Translations under genes and position numbers: made by a program
Notes under the pieces: generated by a model
What the model was told of the DNA's origin: nothing
Seen by the model: the letters and a program-made list of their open reading frames with translations, nothing else
Database searches by the model: none
DNA from: Bigelowiella natans CCMP2755
Taxonomy: Eukaryota; Protista; Cercozoa
Direction of reading: 5' to 3'
Length of the DNA: 52,273 nt
Assembly (NCBI GenBank): GCA_000320545.1
Contig: ADNK01000180.1
Coordinates: forward strand, 1 to 52,273
Part shown: positions 37,720 through 50,366 of the stretch, in pieces
Layout of the letters: each line of letters opens with the position of its first letter
Position numbering within the stretch: the first letter of the stretch is position 1

Positions 37720-40238
37720 CCCCTCCCCCTCTTCATGCAACTTGGTTCACTTGCCCACGTAACAGGTACGCGACTTTGAAATTCGGCCTGTCGATAGATG
37801 ATGGGGAGCGTTTGCCATTTCTTGACAAGAAACTAGCCCCGAAGCGGTCCATTGTGAACCTAAAGTTTGACGTATTGGTCACTAGTCCAGACAACGTCCT
37901 TCGTGATATTCGTTCTCTGCATTCGCTTCGGTGGAAAGGCGTCGTATTATACGATGATATTGGCTTACGCTCCATAAGTAAGGAGGAACAATTATGTATT
38001 CTTCTTCTTCTTCTTCTTCTTCTTCTTCTTTTGACTTGGTGGTGTTAAGTTATCACTTATATAATCGTTTCGTAATGCCAATTTTAGATAAAATGATATA
38101 ATCGTTTTGTGATGCCAATTCTAGATAAAATGGGGACTCAGTTGTTCGAGTCTCTCAGTGTGTTGGTGCCTAGCCCCAACCGCCGAATACTGGTATTAAG
38201 GGAGAAACACCTCGACCATGTTCAAGCAAGCCATATGGAGAGGGAGGTCGTTCTACGATTCCTTAATGCTTTTGAGATTATGCCAGTTTTCCTCGGAAAT
38301 GCTATAAGGGTGGCACCTTTTCATGAAGAAAGGTGGTCAATCTGTTACTATCTGATACTACTGACGCTTCTAAGACTATTCGATTCACAATATAAAAGTC
38401 GGGATGATATATTAGATGACCCCTTCTGGCCTGCTCCTCTTCCCTTTCTTCTTTGTTTTTCTCTGGGTGTATCTCTTCCGTTACCTCCTTCTTCTTCTTC
38501 TTCTTCTTCTTCTTCTTCTTCTTCGTCTTCTTCATTCTCAGGTACGTGATCCCGATGCTAAAAGAAGAGAAAGAAACTATGTTGAAAGCCATTGAGGGGG
38601 AGAAACCGTTACTGCACGAGAGCTCGCAGCCTGATGAAGAGTACCTACGTATCATAGCCCAGAAACTCATTAATGCATGGGCTTCTCCTCCTTTCCTACT
38701 CGATAATTCTGCTGCTACTACTACTACTACTACTGCTGCTGCTACTTCCGCACAACAAGGAGGAGGAGGCGGAGGAGGAGAACCCGCAAACACAGTAGCA
38801 GTGGTAAATGAGAGCGGGAAGATACGATTTCTTAACACATTACTTAAGAAGGCTCTTGGGCAGAAGAGTAACCAACGAAATCGGCAAAGTCGTGCCGTTA
38901 TTTTAGCACATTCTCCACAAGTCTTGGATACTGTACAAAGGGCACTTGAGTACCTGTCTTGGGAGCCGATTCGATATGGAGGGGAGGCGCAGTCGGAAAC
39001 ACACAGCAGAGAGGTAGTAGCATATTGCTCTCTCTCTCATTGTGTTTTTTGTATGTGGTGAAGGCTTAAGAAAATAAGATTTGGGGAAAAATAATTAGGA
39101 CGATCATCATCATCATCATCATCATCATGGATGATATTTATTTTTATTATTCTTACATCAGTAACTCTCTTCCCATTTCGAAGTGCTTAGAATATTTTTT
39201 ATGTTTATTTGCGTGGGAACAATAGGCGGCAATTGAGCGGTTTAATGAATGGTGTGACACCACCACCACCACCACCACCAGCAGCAGCAGCAGCAGAACC
39301 AGTAGTAGTTCCAAAGGAGAGTGGCCGCTTTGCTTCCTTCTCACTGCAAAAGAAGCAAATTCGGGAAATATTGCACTGAAGTAACAACATCAACACAGAA
39401 TCTTGACCATGATAACGTGTAGAGTTGTTTTGAATTGCATTTCTGAATATTTATTTCGAATAAATATAATGTTGTGACTTCTCTGCTGTAACATCTGAAT
39501 CATAATCCTTTTTGTGCTTGTACTGTTGTACTGTTGTATAAAAATATGTTTGGTAACCAACGTATCGAAGGATGGATCCAGAGTTTGATGTGGGAATTCT
39601 TGTCGATTCTGATCTCGCTAACCCGCATAGAGATCTTGAGTCCATACTAAACCTAATAATCTTCCCGTCACAGCAGCAAGCACTTGCCTCTTTTTCGCCT
39701 ACTACTACTACTACTACTACTACTTCTTCTTCTTCTACAACCACTACTGCAGTATCGACGTCATTCTCCTCCCATCACCAAACATCTGCGGAGATGACTA
39801 AGAAGCAGCCATCAAAGAAGCCGCCGCAGCTGCCATTCAAAGTTCATCGAATGATCAATTTTCTCTCATTTGAGCACCATTTCTTGCTGATGTCATCGTT
39901 GGCGCAGTCAGGCAGTATATTCACGCTGTCTGGTTTCAACTTCACGCGACTTCATTTCCTGAATGCAATCTCAAGGGGTGTCCAGAGTCTTTACCAGATT
40001 CCGCAGCTGGTTCGCATCGTTGATAATTATGAAGCCATGCTCAAGTTCGCTAAAGGGGGGCATGTGCAACCAGAATCTCAAGACTGCAAGGGGCTCAACA
40101 CCTCGGAACTTGGCGACGAATTCTGGCAGAAGCTCCAAGGAATTATGGAAGTTAAGTATCAGGAGGAGGAGGAAGAGGGGGAGGGAGATGAAAAAGAGAA
40201 GAAGGAGGCGATGATGGAAAAAATGATGAAATCATCGG

Positions 40239-40270
<32 letters not shown>

Positions 40271-40841
40271 GGTCGGATTACTACTACTACTACTGCTGGT
40301 ACTACTACTAGTACAGCCCAAGTCGATGAGGATAAAAACAAGGTTGCAATGATGGATACGGCTACGGCATGTTCTCTTGACGTGACGGCGAGTGCAGAAG
40401 CTACTACTGCAACCACCACGTCTTCGCAAGCCAAACGAAAGCGCGATGCAATAGAATCGGAATCTCGAAACAACAATGCGGTGTATGGTAACGGTGAGAA
40501 GGACGATGATGCTCAAAGTAGCAAGAAACGTAAAAAAGGCGACATGGTACCCCCCCAGCATCATACGCAACATCCTACGCAGCATCAAGAGGAAGAAGAC
40601 GACGATGCAACCAGCAGTGATGAAAGTCATTCCGCCATGAATGGTGGTAGTAGCAGCAAAGAGGAGGTGAAAATTGGTAACTTGGTGACGGATATTGTTC
40701 ACGAGTGGGGTGCAGATGCTGTATCGTTCTTCATTAATATGCTAGGCATTCCACAAACTGGTCAATTAACACTAACAACCAAAAGTTGTCAATATGATGT
40801 TACATAAATTTTGCAACGGGCGGCTCTGTCTCTTGCTCTCG

Positions 40842-40889
<48 letters not shown>

Positions 40890-41280
40890 AATAGACGCAC
40901 AACACTCACTCAAATCCATGTTATTATATCAGCGATCTCATTGAGGCAAAATGGAATCACGGGATCCGAGCTTCTATCATTCACTGACGAAGAAAAGCTG
41001 AAGGAGTACGACATTAAGCACCAAGCGGAACGGTATGATAAATCACATGCAGAGTTGGGTTCTATTTTCTGACAGATATGATGTGATTATTCCTTTAAGG
41101 ATGGTTTTGGTGTCGGCCGTGAATCATCTTCGAAAGCCTTGCAACACGTGGACTGTGGATTTGCTCGCTCCAACTCTGAAAAACGTAGATTATTTGCTCA
41201 ATTCCGACAGTTGCAACGTAGATGGGGCTGAAGCTGAGATTGATGATGGCGATAGCACAGACTGTTCTGAACCCAAGTAA
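36328..41280 (+). CDS. CHD-like protein: tandem chromodomains, degenerate SNF2 helicase lobes, C-terminal SAM domain
   Basis: Chromo motifs FLVKFTKKAYMYSEW and FLIKWRHLPYDQATWE. SNF2 remnants PFLVVVPS, KFDVLVTS…LRWKGVVLYDD, SGKIRFLNTLL, AAIERFN, ILVDSDLANPHRDL, KVHRMI. SAM-like WGADAVSFFINMLGI…LRQNGITGSELLSFTDEEKLKEYDI…RMVLVSAV. Confidence 0.8.
37578..37710. repeat. Tandem duplication, 50-nt period, in a CHD-like intron
   Basis: TAGAA(C/G)CCTAGTTCGTACTCTCTCTGT(C/T)TCTTCC+(TC)n occurs twice. Confidence 0.9.
38060..38132 (+). repeat. 37-nt tandem duplication spanning a 3' splice site
   Basis: TATAATCGTTT(C/T)GT(A/G)ATGCCAATT(T/C)TAGATAAAATG at 38060 and 38097. Confidence 0.9.
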
Positions 41281-42515
41281 TGAAAAGATAATAAGCAAAG
41301 TGGGTGAATGCCATGTAAGTACTTGAATTATTTTATAATTTGTTATAAACAATGTCCCAAATGATGCGTCTATACGTCTAATAAACATGTCTAGCTGCCA
41401 TCATCGCTAAGATTACGTGTTATAGATGGCATGTATGCGTGAAATCCATGCATACATGTACAGAAGGATGTTGGCACAGTTGTGCCCGCACGCTAGCGCT
41501 ACGATACGCGCATGTGCGCAGCATGGCAATGCTAGAATAATGGTGGACACATGCAGCTAGACAGGTGTGCAATATGTGATTACCCATGCACAAACATATC
41601 TAGATGATGCTCTAGCATCGCATGTTGTTGCGCGCAGGGTATGTGTACGTATGCTCTAGCGCTAGCTAGCTAGCATGCACTAGCTAGTGGCGCATGCGAT
41701 TTTGGTAACATCATGCGGAGACGTGCACAGAAACAAAGCAATCGTGATAACTACTAGCAGATGAATGCATGACAATGAACGTAACGTAAGTGTGCACAAC
41801 GCCGTGTTCACATGCTCTAGCTAGCTAGACATGCGATGTGCCACTTCTACACACTCGCTAGTTTGTGCTAGTGTTGTGCGTGACAGCCGACAATTGGTGT
41901 GGCGTGTGCAAGCGCATCGTACATTACAGCTATCTAGCCATGAGCGTAGTCGCATGACTATAATACTATCATGCATGTGCACTGTGCCATGTTCGATCCA
42001 AGCGTTACGCGTAGCGCAATGAGCACTACTATAACTAGCCGGGCTACTACTGCTAGAGCATGCTAGCTAGCATGCCGCAAACTTTGCGCTGCACCTCATG
42101 TTTCAACAGGTTGTTCATCAACATTTGCTTATTGCCATGCTAGCATGGCTAGATGGAAAGGCCATTCCATTTTAGATTTGCAATCCGCCACATTTCGCGA
42201 CAGCTGCAAGAAGTCGACAGAAAATGCTTGGCCGTCAGCATTCTTCAGACGACAGGCTAGTTGGCTCGGATGGACGAGGAAACTAAGAGTGTTGAGCCTA
42301 CTCCAAGTATTCTATACTTACTAATACGAATTTATACATGCAAGAATGAGAATGCAGAGCCGTTGCGTTGCGCATGCAGTGGAGGCTGCTGGATCGATTT
42401 GGTAATCTATTCAGTGCGCACCGTACTACATGTCTAATCTTGCTTTATATCTAACCTTGCTTCCAGAACTTTGATTCAGAAATTGAATATTTTAGTCGAA
42501 ACACAATATTTCGTT
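41281..42515. other. Convergent intergenic spacer S6, palindrome-rich
   Basis: GCTAGCTAGCTAGC, TCTAGA, GCATGC and GTGCAC are dense. Confidence 0.75.
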
Positions 42516-43771
42516 TCAGTATAGCCACATTGTTATCGCAGCACGTTTTGCCTCAGAAGGTAATACTTCGTGTTCCATGTATTCGCTTAAGAACATTACT
42601 ACCTTATCTGCAGTAGGAGGGATATCTACAAAACACTCCGCAGGTTGACGAACTTTTCCACCATTTCTAGATTTCGATGTTCTCTCATTCACTTCATCTT
42701 TATTATTGGGAACACACTCGTTTCCATTTTTATCCTTATCACTTTCCTTTAACGGTAAATGTATACGCAACTCCCCACCGTCGCCTTCCTGCCACTCTGA
42801 AGTATGGTATTTATTACTTTTTGCTTAGAATTGCATAATCATGGGACATAGTGTATGTGAATCTTTCAGGGGAAGTACCAGGGTTGAGATAGTATAAAAT
42901 CGTGATCCTCCGTTGTGGCCCTCCTCCAGGATATGAGTCTTTGTGACGGACATATCGGGCTCCATTTCCAGGATATACCGCAGCCTGTACAGAAACCTTC
43001 TCGCATTTGAAGTCTATTGCTGAATTCAAATCTAACTTTATATTCTCCAACGCTTTCACGACTTTCCTGATCGCGAGATTCTCCTCATTTGTAGGATTTA
43101 TCCATGTCGTTAAATCGCCCCTGTTGTTGAAATGTTGTAACGTGAACGTCGGCAAACTAAAAGTGGAATAATTTAAATTTCTCATTATGGAGATGTACAC
43201 ATCTTACCTAAGATTCGACTGCTTCCATGAACTCTTGCCCTATATGCTTGAAGATTCAAATTAAGGAGAAATCCAGTGCTTGAGTAAGGAGTACCTTCAT
43301 ACTAGCAGGTTTCAGAATAGATTTTCCCTCAAGTCCAAGGACAGCCTCTCGACATCTTTCCATCTAAACAAGCAGCCATTTATGTAAAGGAGGAGAATGC
43401 ACGGCGAATATGCGTAAACCTTTTGTAGATCACCAAGAAAGCCATTCTTGATTACATATCCATATTCTAGTATGTAAAAAGTCATCAAGAATCCTGCGAG
43501 CATCATCATTAGAAATTATTACTTACTACCATTCAATTTTTCAAGATCTCTTTTCGTCAAAATTTTGAGTTGCTTTTCGTCAAGTTGAGACAATTCAAAA
43601 ATCTAACATTAAAAGAATTATTTATTGCGAGTAAAATTTAAAAAGTATACAAGATTGAACAACTTTCGGAATTTTCTGTGAAGGTGACTGGCTGGAAGCT
43701 GCATCTACTACATCCACATTGAGTGCCGATAGAATCTTAAGCTTCAGATTTGGTGGTAAGGCATCCATCAT
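42516..43771 (-). CDS. EGLN/PHD-like prolyl 4-hydroxylase (2OG-Fe(II) oxygenase)
   Basis: GYVIKNGFLG, RGDLTTW, AVYPGNGARYVRHKD (HxD), RRITILYYLNP/EWQEGDGGELR, SEYMEHEVLPS..KRAAITMW (distal H and the 2OG-binding R). Confidence 0.88.
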
Positions 43772-44213
43772 TCTTGCAAGAAGTGTTATTTGAAAATCTT
43801 TAACTGCTGCAACGATGAAATTTGTCTGTAAATTGCACGTGGCATACTTAAAAATAAGTATTATCGAACTGAAGAAGGTGCCTTTCAATGTTTGAGCGTT
43901 GTATCAAAGTTTGATCTACTGTGCGAGATTGAAGGTCTCCCGTCCTGTCATCAGCGATGATCTTCTTCTTCTTCTTCTTCTTCTTCTTCTCCGTCCTCCC
44001 TTTTCTTTAATTTGTTACAATATTATTAGTAGAGACAAGATAATGTCCATGTCGCAATATCCTTTCGCTTGTTATTTCCTTCTTTTAAATTGCTTAAAGC
44101 TAATGTTCATGTCGCAATATATTTATATAGGCCGTTTCCTTCTCTCCGGAAAATCCCGCAACAGCAACATTAGACTTAGATTTGTTGTCCCGTCCCATTC
44201 TTCTTTCTGCACG

Positions 44214-45938
44214 ATGGCTGAATTCCAACTCGAGGTATACGCGTTACTGCTTCTTGCCACCACCACCGTCGCAACGTGTTGCGTGTACATCCCAGTACCT
44301 TTGCACATGTTAATTGCATCAATGGTGACCATATTCGTTGGAAGTATGGGTGCGCTAAGGGCCTCGGACAAGAAGGTACGGTTGTTAACTGAATTTGTCT
44401 GATGCGCTTGATTGAGGCTTGAGATTTTCGGTTGGTTAGCCTAACATACACTACTACTAACGATTAATATCTGATGGAACTTTAGGTAGTTGAAGATTCG
44501 AAAGTGAGCGCAGCGCTGGGGTCCAAGGATGTCCACAGAATGTCCCGCAGTGACGTGTAATTGTGAAATGATTCGATAACAACTTTACATATGTAACACA
44601 CCACTGGATAGAGAATGTCGAGTTTTGAACGTCATTAACCTTATACGAACATGAATAGGTACGCCTCTCCCATCATAGGGTCTGCTGTCTTGTTTGGGCT
44701 GTACATTGTATACAAGTTTTGTCCTAAGGACTATGTGAATATACTGGTCAAGCTCTACTTCGGTATTTTCGGAGTTTTTAGTATCGGTAATTACCATTTA
44801 CTACTCTTATAGTCGATTAAATGAGAAGAACTGCATCTCACAAAGGCTTATTTCTCTTGAAGGTGAGCAAGTAGGGTTTTTCATCATGAGTTTTTTCATC
44901 GAATCTCAGGCGACAAAGAAGGTAGACAATCAGCCACCATCTTGTAGTAGTAGTAGTAGTAGTAGTAAGAGTAGTAGTAGTAGTAGTACCGCCAGAACAT
45001 CAACTTTTTTTTATATACTACACCTGGAGAATGGCTGCTTGGCTTGTCCAGATAAACTCATCTAGAATGATAATATTTTAGGTGCAGTGGTTACACCGAA
45101 AGCTGCTGTCAATTCCGTACCTTGAAGTAACATGCAACACATTAGTAGTTTGTGCTAAACGATCGAGCGTGGGCATATATGTTTGTGTTGTGTGCCTTGT
45201 ACGTAAGGCAAATGTTGTCGTAATATATACTTACTAAAATTAGACGGATGTTACGGCGCTGGATGCTATAGGCTGTCTTGCTGGGAGTGTACGTTTTCAA
45301 ATTTACGCATTTTGCTAAAAACTAGAGGCACACGCACCAATCAATTATGCATAGGTTATTGGCGGTTGGTATCTACTGAAGAATCATTGGGTAATTTGGC
45401 TAAATTTATCAGAATCATATCACCATGTAAATCCCTCAGCAGCCACCTCATCCTGAAACAGGTTGCCAATAATATCTTTGGGGTGGCTTTCTCACTGCAG
45501 GTATGTATGTATGTATGTATGTATGTATGTATGTAGTGGTAGTGGGAAGAGACTTTACGGAAGAAGACTCTCCACTCTCCATACGTATTTCTTCTCTTCT
45601 TATTGTTCCATCTCATCAAAATTCTATCTAATACTTCTTAGGCCATAAGGATGCTTTCTATTGGAAGTTATTTCAACGGAACCATACTTTTGGTCGTCAT
45701 TTCGTCGTTTGTTTCATCATTTTCTCAATTACAAAAATGTACATATTTAGATGTACATATTTTTCATTGTAGTTTTCCTTTCTCTTTCTTCCTTGATCAT
45801 GTATAGTCTGGTCTATTCGTATACGACATCTTTTGGGTATTCGGAACCGACGTTATGGTTACAGTGGCGAAATCTTTTGACGGACCCATAAAGCTATTAT
45901 TTCCAAGGTGAAGAAAAAGATTAAGAAGAAGAGGAAAG

Positions 45939-45978
<40 letters not shown>

Positions 45979-47303
45979 CCATACAACCGAGCAGTAGTTT
46001 TCGGACAAACACGTTTCTCAAAGAGGGTGATTTGTTTAATTGTAGATGGATTCAGGATGACAAAACAGGCAAATGGATGTCTTCGATTTTGGGACTGGGA
46101 GACATTGTGTTACCAGGAATATTCATTGCATTGCTGTTGAGGTCGTTCCTTTTACTACTACATGCTGCCATTTATGTGGTATCGATGATCACCACATAAT
46201 TGATGCTGTAACAAGATGATTGGAATAACCTGCAGGTTTGACAGATATAGACTGTCAGAGTTGAATCGGTAAGAGATTCACGACTTCAAGCATTTATTTA
46301 TCTTGCTGCTATGTTCTTCTCCACAAGAATATCATCTGACGTTTGATACTACCATGATTGATTTATAGGGTTGGAGGTGGAGAAAAGACCACTCAATGCC
46401 ATCATCGATCATCGTCGGGACTATGGAAGTACGTACGAATAATGAAGAAAATAATACTACTGAGGATAAAAACAGTGTGTGTTTGTCGCAGCTGAATAAG
46501 TCCTGAAATATGGATGATGATGTGGTAGGTATAAATATTTCTGCTGGGCAATGGGGGGCTATGCTCTTGGCCTTGCGATAACCATCGCTGTCATGTAATG
46601 AATTATGCATGGGATTGGTTGCGTAGGTAGTTGATTGATTATGGGCATAATATCATCCATCTTTTGACAGGAATGCATTCAATGCTGCCCAACCAGCATT
46701 ATTGTATCTAGGTAATACTCATAAGAATAACCCATCCAAGCTGAATTTAATGTGGAAGCAACAGCTAGTGATGTTTTTCTCATCATGGGTCGATCATTAC
46801 CAACCCCTGAGAATCCAATCGTGCGTGTTATTATGTGTATGTGTCATCAGTACCATGTTGCATCGGTGCGAGTATTGTGAAGGCAGTCATGGAAGGAGAG
46901 TTGAAGGAGCTGTGAGTCAATTCATACAAGACCATATAACCACAAACACGCACACACACACACACACACAGACAGACACACATAAACACATACATCACGG
47001 TGTATGTGGAGGGATTTAGAGTATCTGGAGGAGGGGTGGGAGGGGAATACATGTGTTGATGTCACACTTAAAAAAAACTGAATACATCCACAAACATTGA
47101 CAATGATAGATGGAATTACGAGGAGAAAGATGAGGGTGATACGGATCCCGGTACTTTGCCTTCATCCTGCATAAAACCCATCACAAACCGATTTCTCAAA
47201 TATTTTTGCTTAATTTATCTCACATCTAACACTCCTTTGGTTTTCTGATATGAAAAAAGATTCAGGAAAACAAATTAATTCAGGCAAAGCTCATTCGGAG
47301 TGA
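44214..47303 (+). CDS. SPP: Signal peptide peptidase (A22B, HM13-like)
   Basis: PIIGSAVLFGLY, GLFVYDIFWVFGTDVMVTVAKSFDGPIKLLFP (YD), LGLGDIVLPGIFIALLLRFD (GxGD), AQPALLYL (PAL); TGA 47301-47303. Confidence 0.95.
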
Positions 47304-48274
47304 TGTAAACACACCAAGGGATACACATGGCATGGACAAATGTCACATAATTTCTTTGCAACAAAAGCAAGATACTCTAGTAAATTTCGGCATTATTATC
47401 ATATTTCTTCAGTTTGGCCAGCGTAGCACTGCATGGCACATGCTCAATTTATCTAGTGCATCATGAGGAAGGTTGACACGCACACACACGTTGCTATGCG
47501 CTGGCGCAGCAAATTGAACCACAATGCATAATGAGACACCACGAGCTACTCACCACAATGCAGGCCGCTGCTGTAGCACAACAATATGCTAATCGTGTTG
47601 GCTACGTATGTGTCCAAGGTGCATATGTGTACATGTATGTACCTGTATGCATGCGCACCATCCATTCCCCCTGATGCTCATGCATTGTGCACCTATGTGT
47701 ATGCACATCCAGAAACGTGGTGACATAATGACTGCAGCAACGACCGAGCTCTAGCTAGCCAGTGTTTTCGCTGCGAGTTGACAATGCAATCTTAATGCGC
47801 ATTGTGACAGCATCGCTAACTGTTTACAGCTAGGCAGCAATGTGATCGAATAATGTCACATGTTGTTGCATGTGCTGTTCTGGCTGTGGCAAGCAATCTA
47901 GCAAGGGCAAAGCCTTGCGATTGAGCACAACACTGCGACCATACATGATGAGGCTTCCTCGTCATCAGGCCTTATTTCGAGCTGATTGATGATCGTGTTG
48001 TTGCCGTCTATGGCTACATTCTCACTAAGTAAAGCTGTTTGCGCCATGGAAAAAATACACCCTTTGTCGGCACACATAGCTTTCATACTGCTAGGCATGG
48101 CAACATGAAGCTCTCCATGGTATTTTGCGTGCGAGAGAATTCTTTTAAGGTGAGACATAACTAAAAGCAGAACAAACATACAAACATCGGCCGTACATCA
48201 GTCGCTATTCTATCTAGCAAGAAGAATGGCCATTGTTTCTATGCATGTATACGATATCTCTACTTGAGCTGATT
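47304..48274. other. Convergent intergenic spacer S7, palindrome-rich
   Basis: TGCA, CATG, CTAGCTAG, TACGTA and ACATGT are dense. Confidence 0.65.
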
Positions 48275-48453
48275 TTAAGCCTTTTTGCGACGTTTCGAGC
48301 TTGCTGCTACCGCTGCTGTTCCCCTACGATCAATCACAAAAAATGGATCACTAGCATTCCTATCTTCGCCGACACCTGATAGAATAATATTTTCAATATG
48401 AGCGAGGTGCTTACGTCAGTGGCTCACTGAAGGCATATTAAATCAATATCTTC

Positions 48454-48510
<57 letters not shown>

Positions 48511-48600
48511 TATATACACTCACATTAATATACATGTGTGTTTATTACATATTTTTGTAAATAGATACACATGTACAAGCATACATACACATACACACAC

Positions 48601-48639
<39 letters not shown>

Positions 48640-49423
48640 AGGTTATTTAAGCAGCCTTTTACCATTTCCCCGCCATTCCATTTTTGAAGAGTCATCTTCA
48701 GTGTAAAAATGCTGTCTCTTCTGTAACTCTCCCGCACCGATTTTGCAACGAAAACCTGTGAAGATTGAACGATAGCAGCTTATAAGATAGAGCGACAATA
48801 CTATCCTTCGTACACTAACACCAAGGAATAGCATGGTTTACCTGCTATCGTCTCTCCAATTTCGTCGCGTTGCCTCCGTACCTTTTTACAAAGTAAATAT
48901 CTTTTTAATTGGTCGAAAATGCATATATTTGTGCTTTCGTGTTTATGAATGGACGTTTACAACCATGGTATTTGATATACTCATGGCTTTTGTCGCTTAC
49001 AATTTTCCTGCTGCTCTTCTACTTCTGTTCCCCATTACCTTCCGACGAATTTGGTTTCGTAAACGCGTCACGCATTCCATCAGCTCACGGGACTTAATAA
49101 TGTTTCAACAAATAATAATAATATGAGAAGCATTAGTACATAAATGAAATTTAGATATGAGTAGAACAATAAAAACAAATGACCTGTGTTATTTGGTCTC
49201 GACGTGTTGCAGCGAGGAAGAGCACAGTCTACACAAATGCGTAGGCAGATCGTTAATTTACGGTCATAATCTATCGAACGAGAACATCTGCATCGAATGC
49301 TACTGACGTACATCACACTACATTTATGCATTAATTATATCTCAACCTGTACAACGGCCTCTGTGTTAAGTTTTTCTTCTAGAATTTCCTCACAAAGCTT
49401 CAATAACATGCCAGCGTATCTGG

Positions 49424-49466
<43 letters not shown>

Positions 49467-50327
49467 AGCACGATCTAGGCACGTTAAAACACAACGCAGA
49501 GAGTCAATCAGATTGGTATGCATGTTCATGTTTTGACACGTGTTCAACGAGAAAAGAAACGATCTTGTTCCCCTCCCCTTTGTCTCTCATAGTGAAATTA
49601 CTTGAACGGAAGGTTTATTAATGCATCAGTTCGGGCAGCAGCAGAGATGCCTAATATTGTGGTAATTATACCAAAATCACTAATATTTAGATACTTTCCC
49701 TCTATCTTTCCAATTTATTATTCAAGAACACTCCATCATGATGCTTTTGCTGACCCTGGAGCTCTGTAAAAACGTACCTATAATATAATATAACAAATAA
49801 GAGTAGAAAGTTCTATCCTCAGCTTAATACGACCACCGGTAGTTGTAAGACATATGCACGGATGCAGATATATTATAATCAACTCTTTTTATCACTTACT
49901 CTGCCGATGTCTTGCCGGCTAAAACAGGATTCTTTGCTGGTTCTGGAATGGCAGCGCCTTTCACTAATTACGGGAAGAGACGGGAAGAGAATGGAGAGTA
50001 GGTGAGGGCATACTCTGGCCCACAAAGCTTTAGGAATTTTCGCATTATAATTTATTTAGTCTCTGTTGTAAGAATTGAAAAACTTTCCATTATTTCTTAT
50101 TAATTGTCATTATATAATAAATTAATCATCATTTTCACTTAGTTTATCGACCAACCATGTCCCGCATGTGCTTCGAAAAGAGCCTTCAATCCCCGGCCAT
50201 CATCATCCGCCCCATCTTCTGTTAATACAGTTTTCTCACTTCAAATTTCTTCAATAACTTGATTTATCCATGTACACATGATATAATTTCATATTTACCG
50301 ATACGATTCTCTTTACATAGCCATATG

Positions 50328-50366
<39 letters not shown>

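Noticed and set aside
47898-48179. 93-aa minus-strand ORF downstream of UTP12
   Set aside because: No recognisable motif; probably 3'UTR or spacer.
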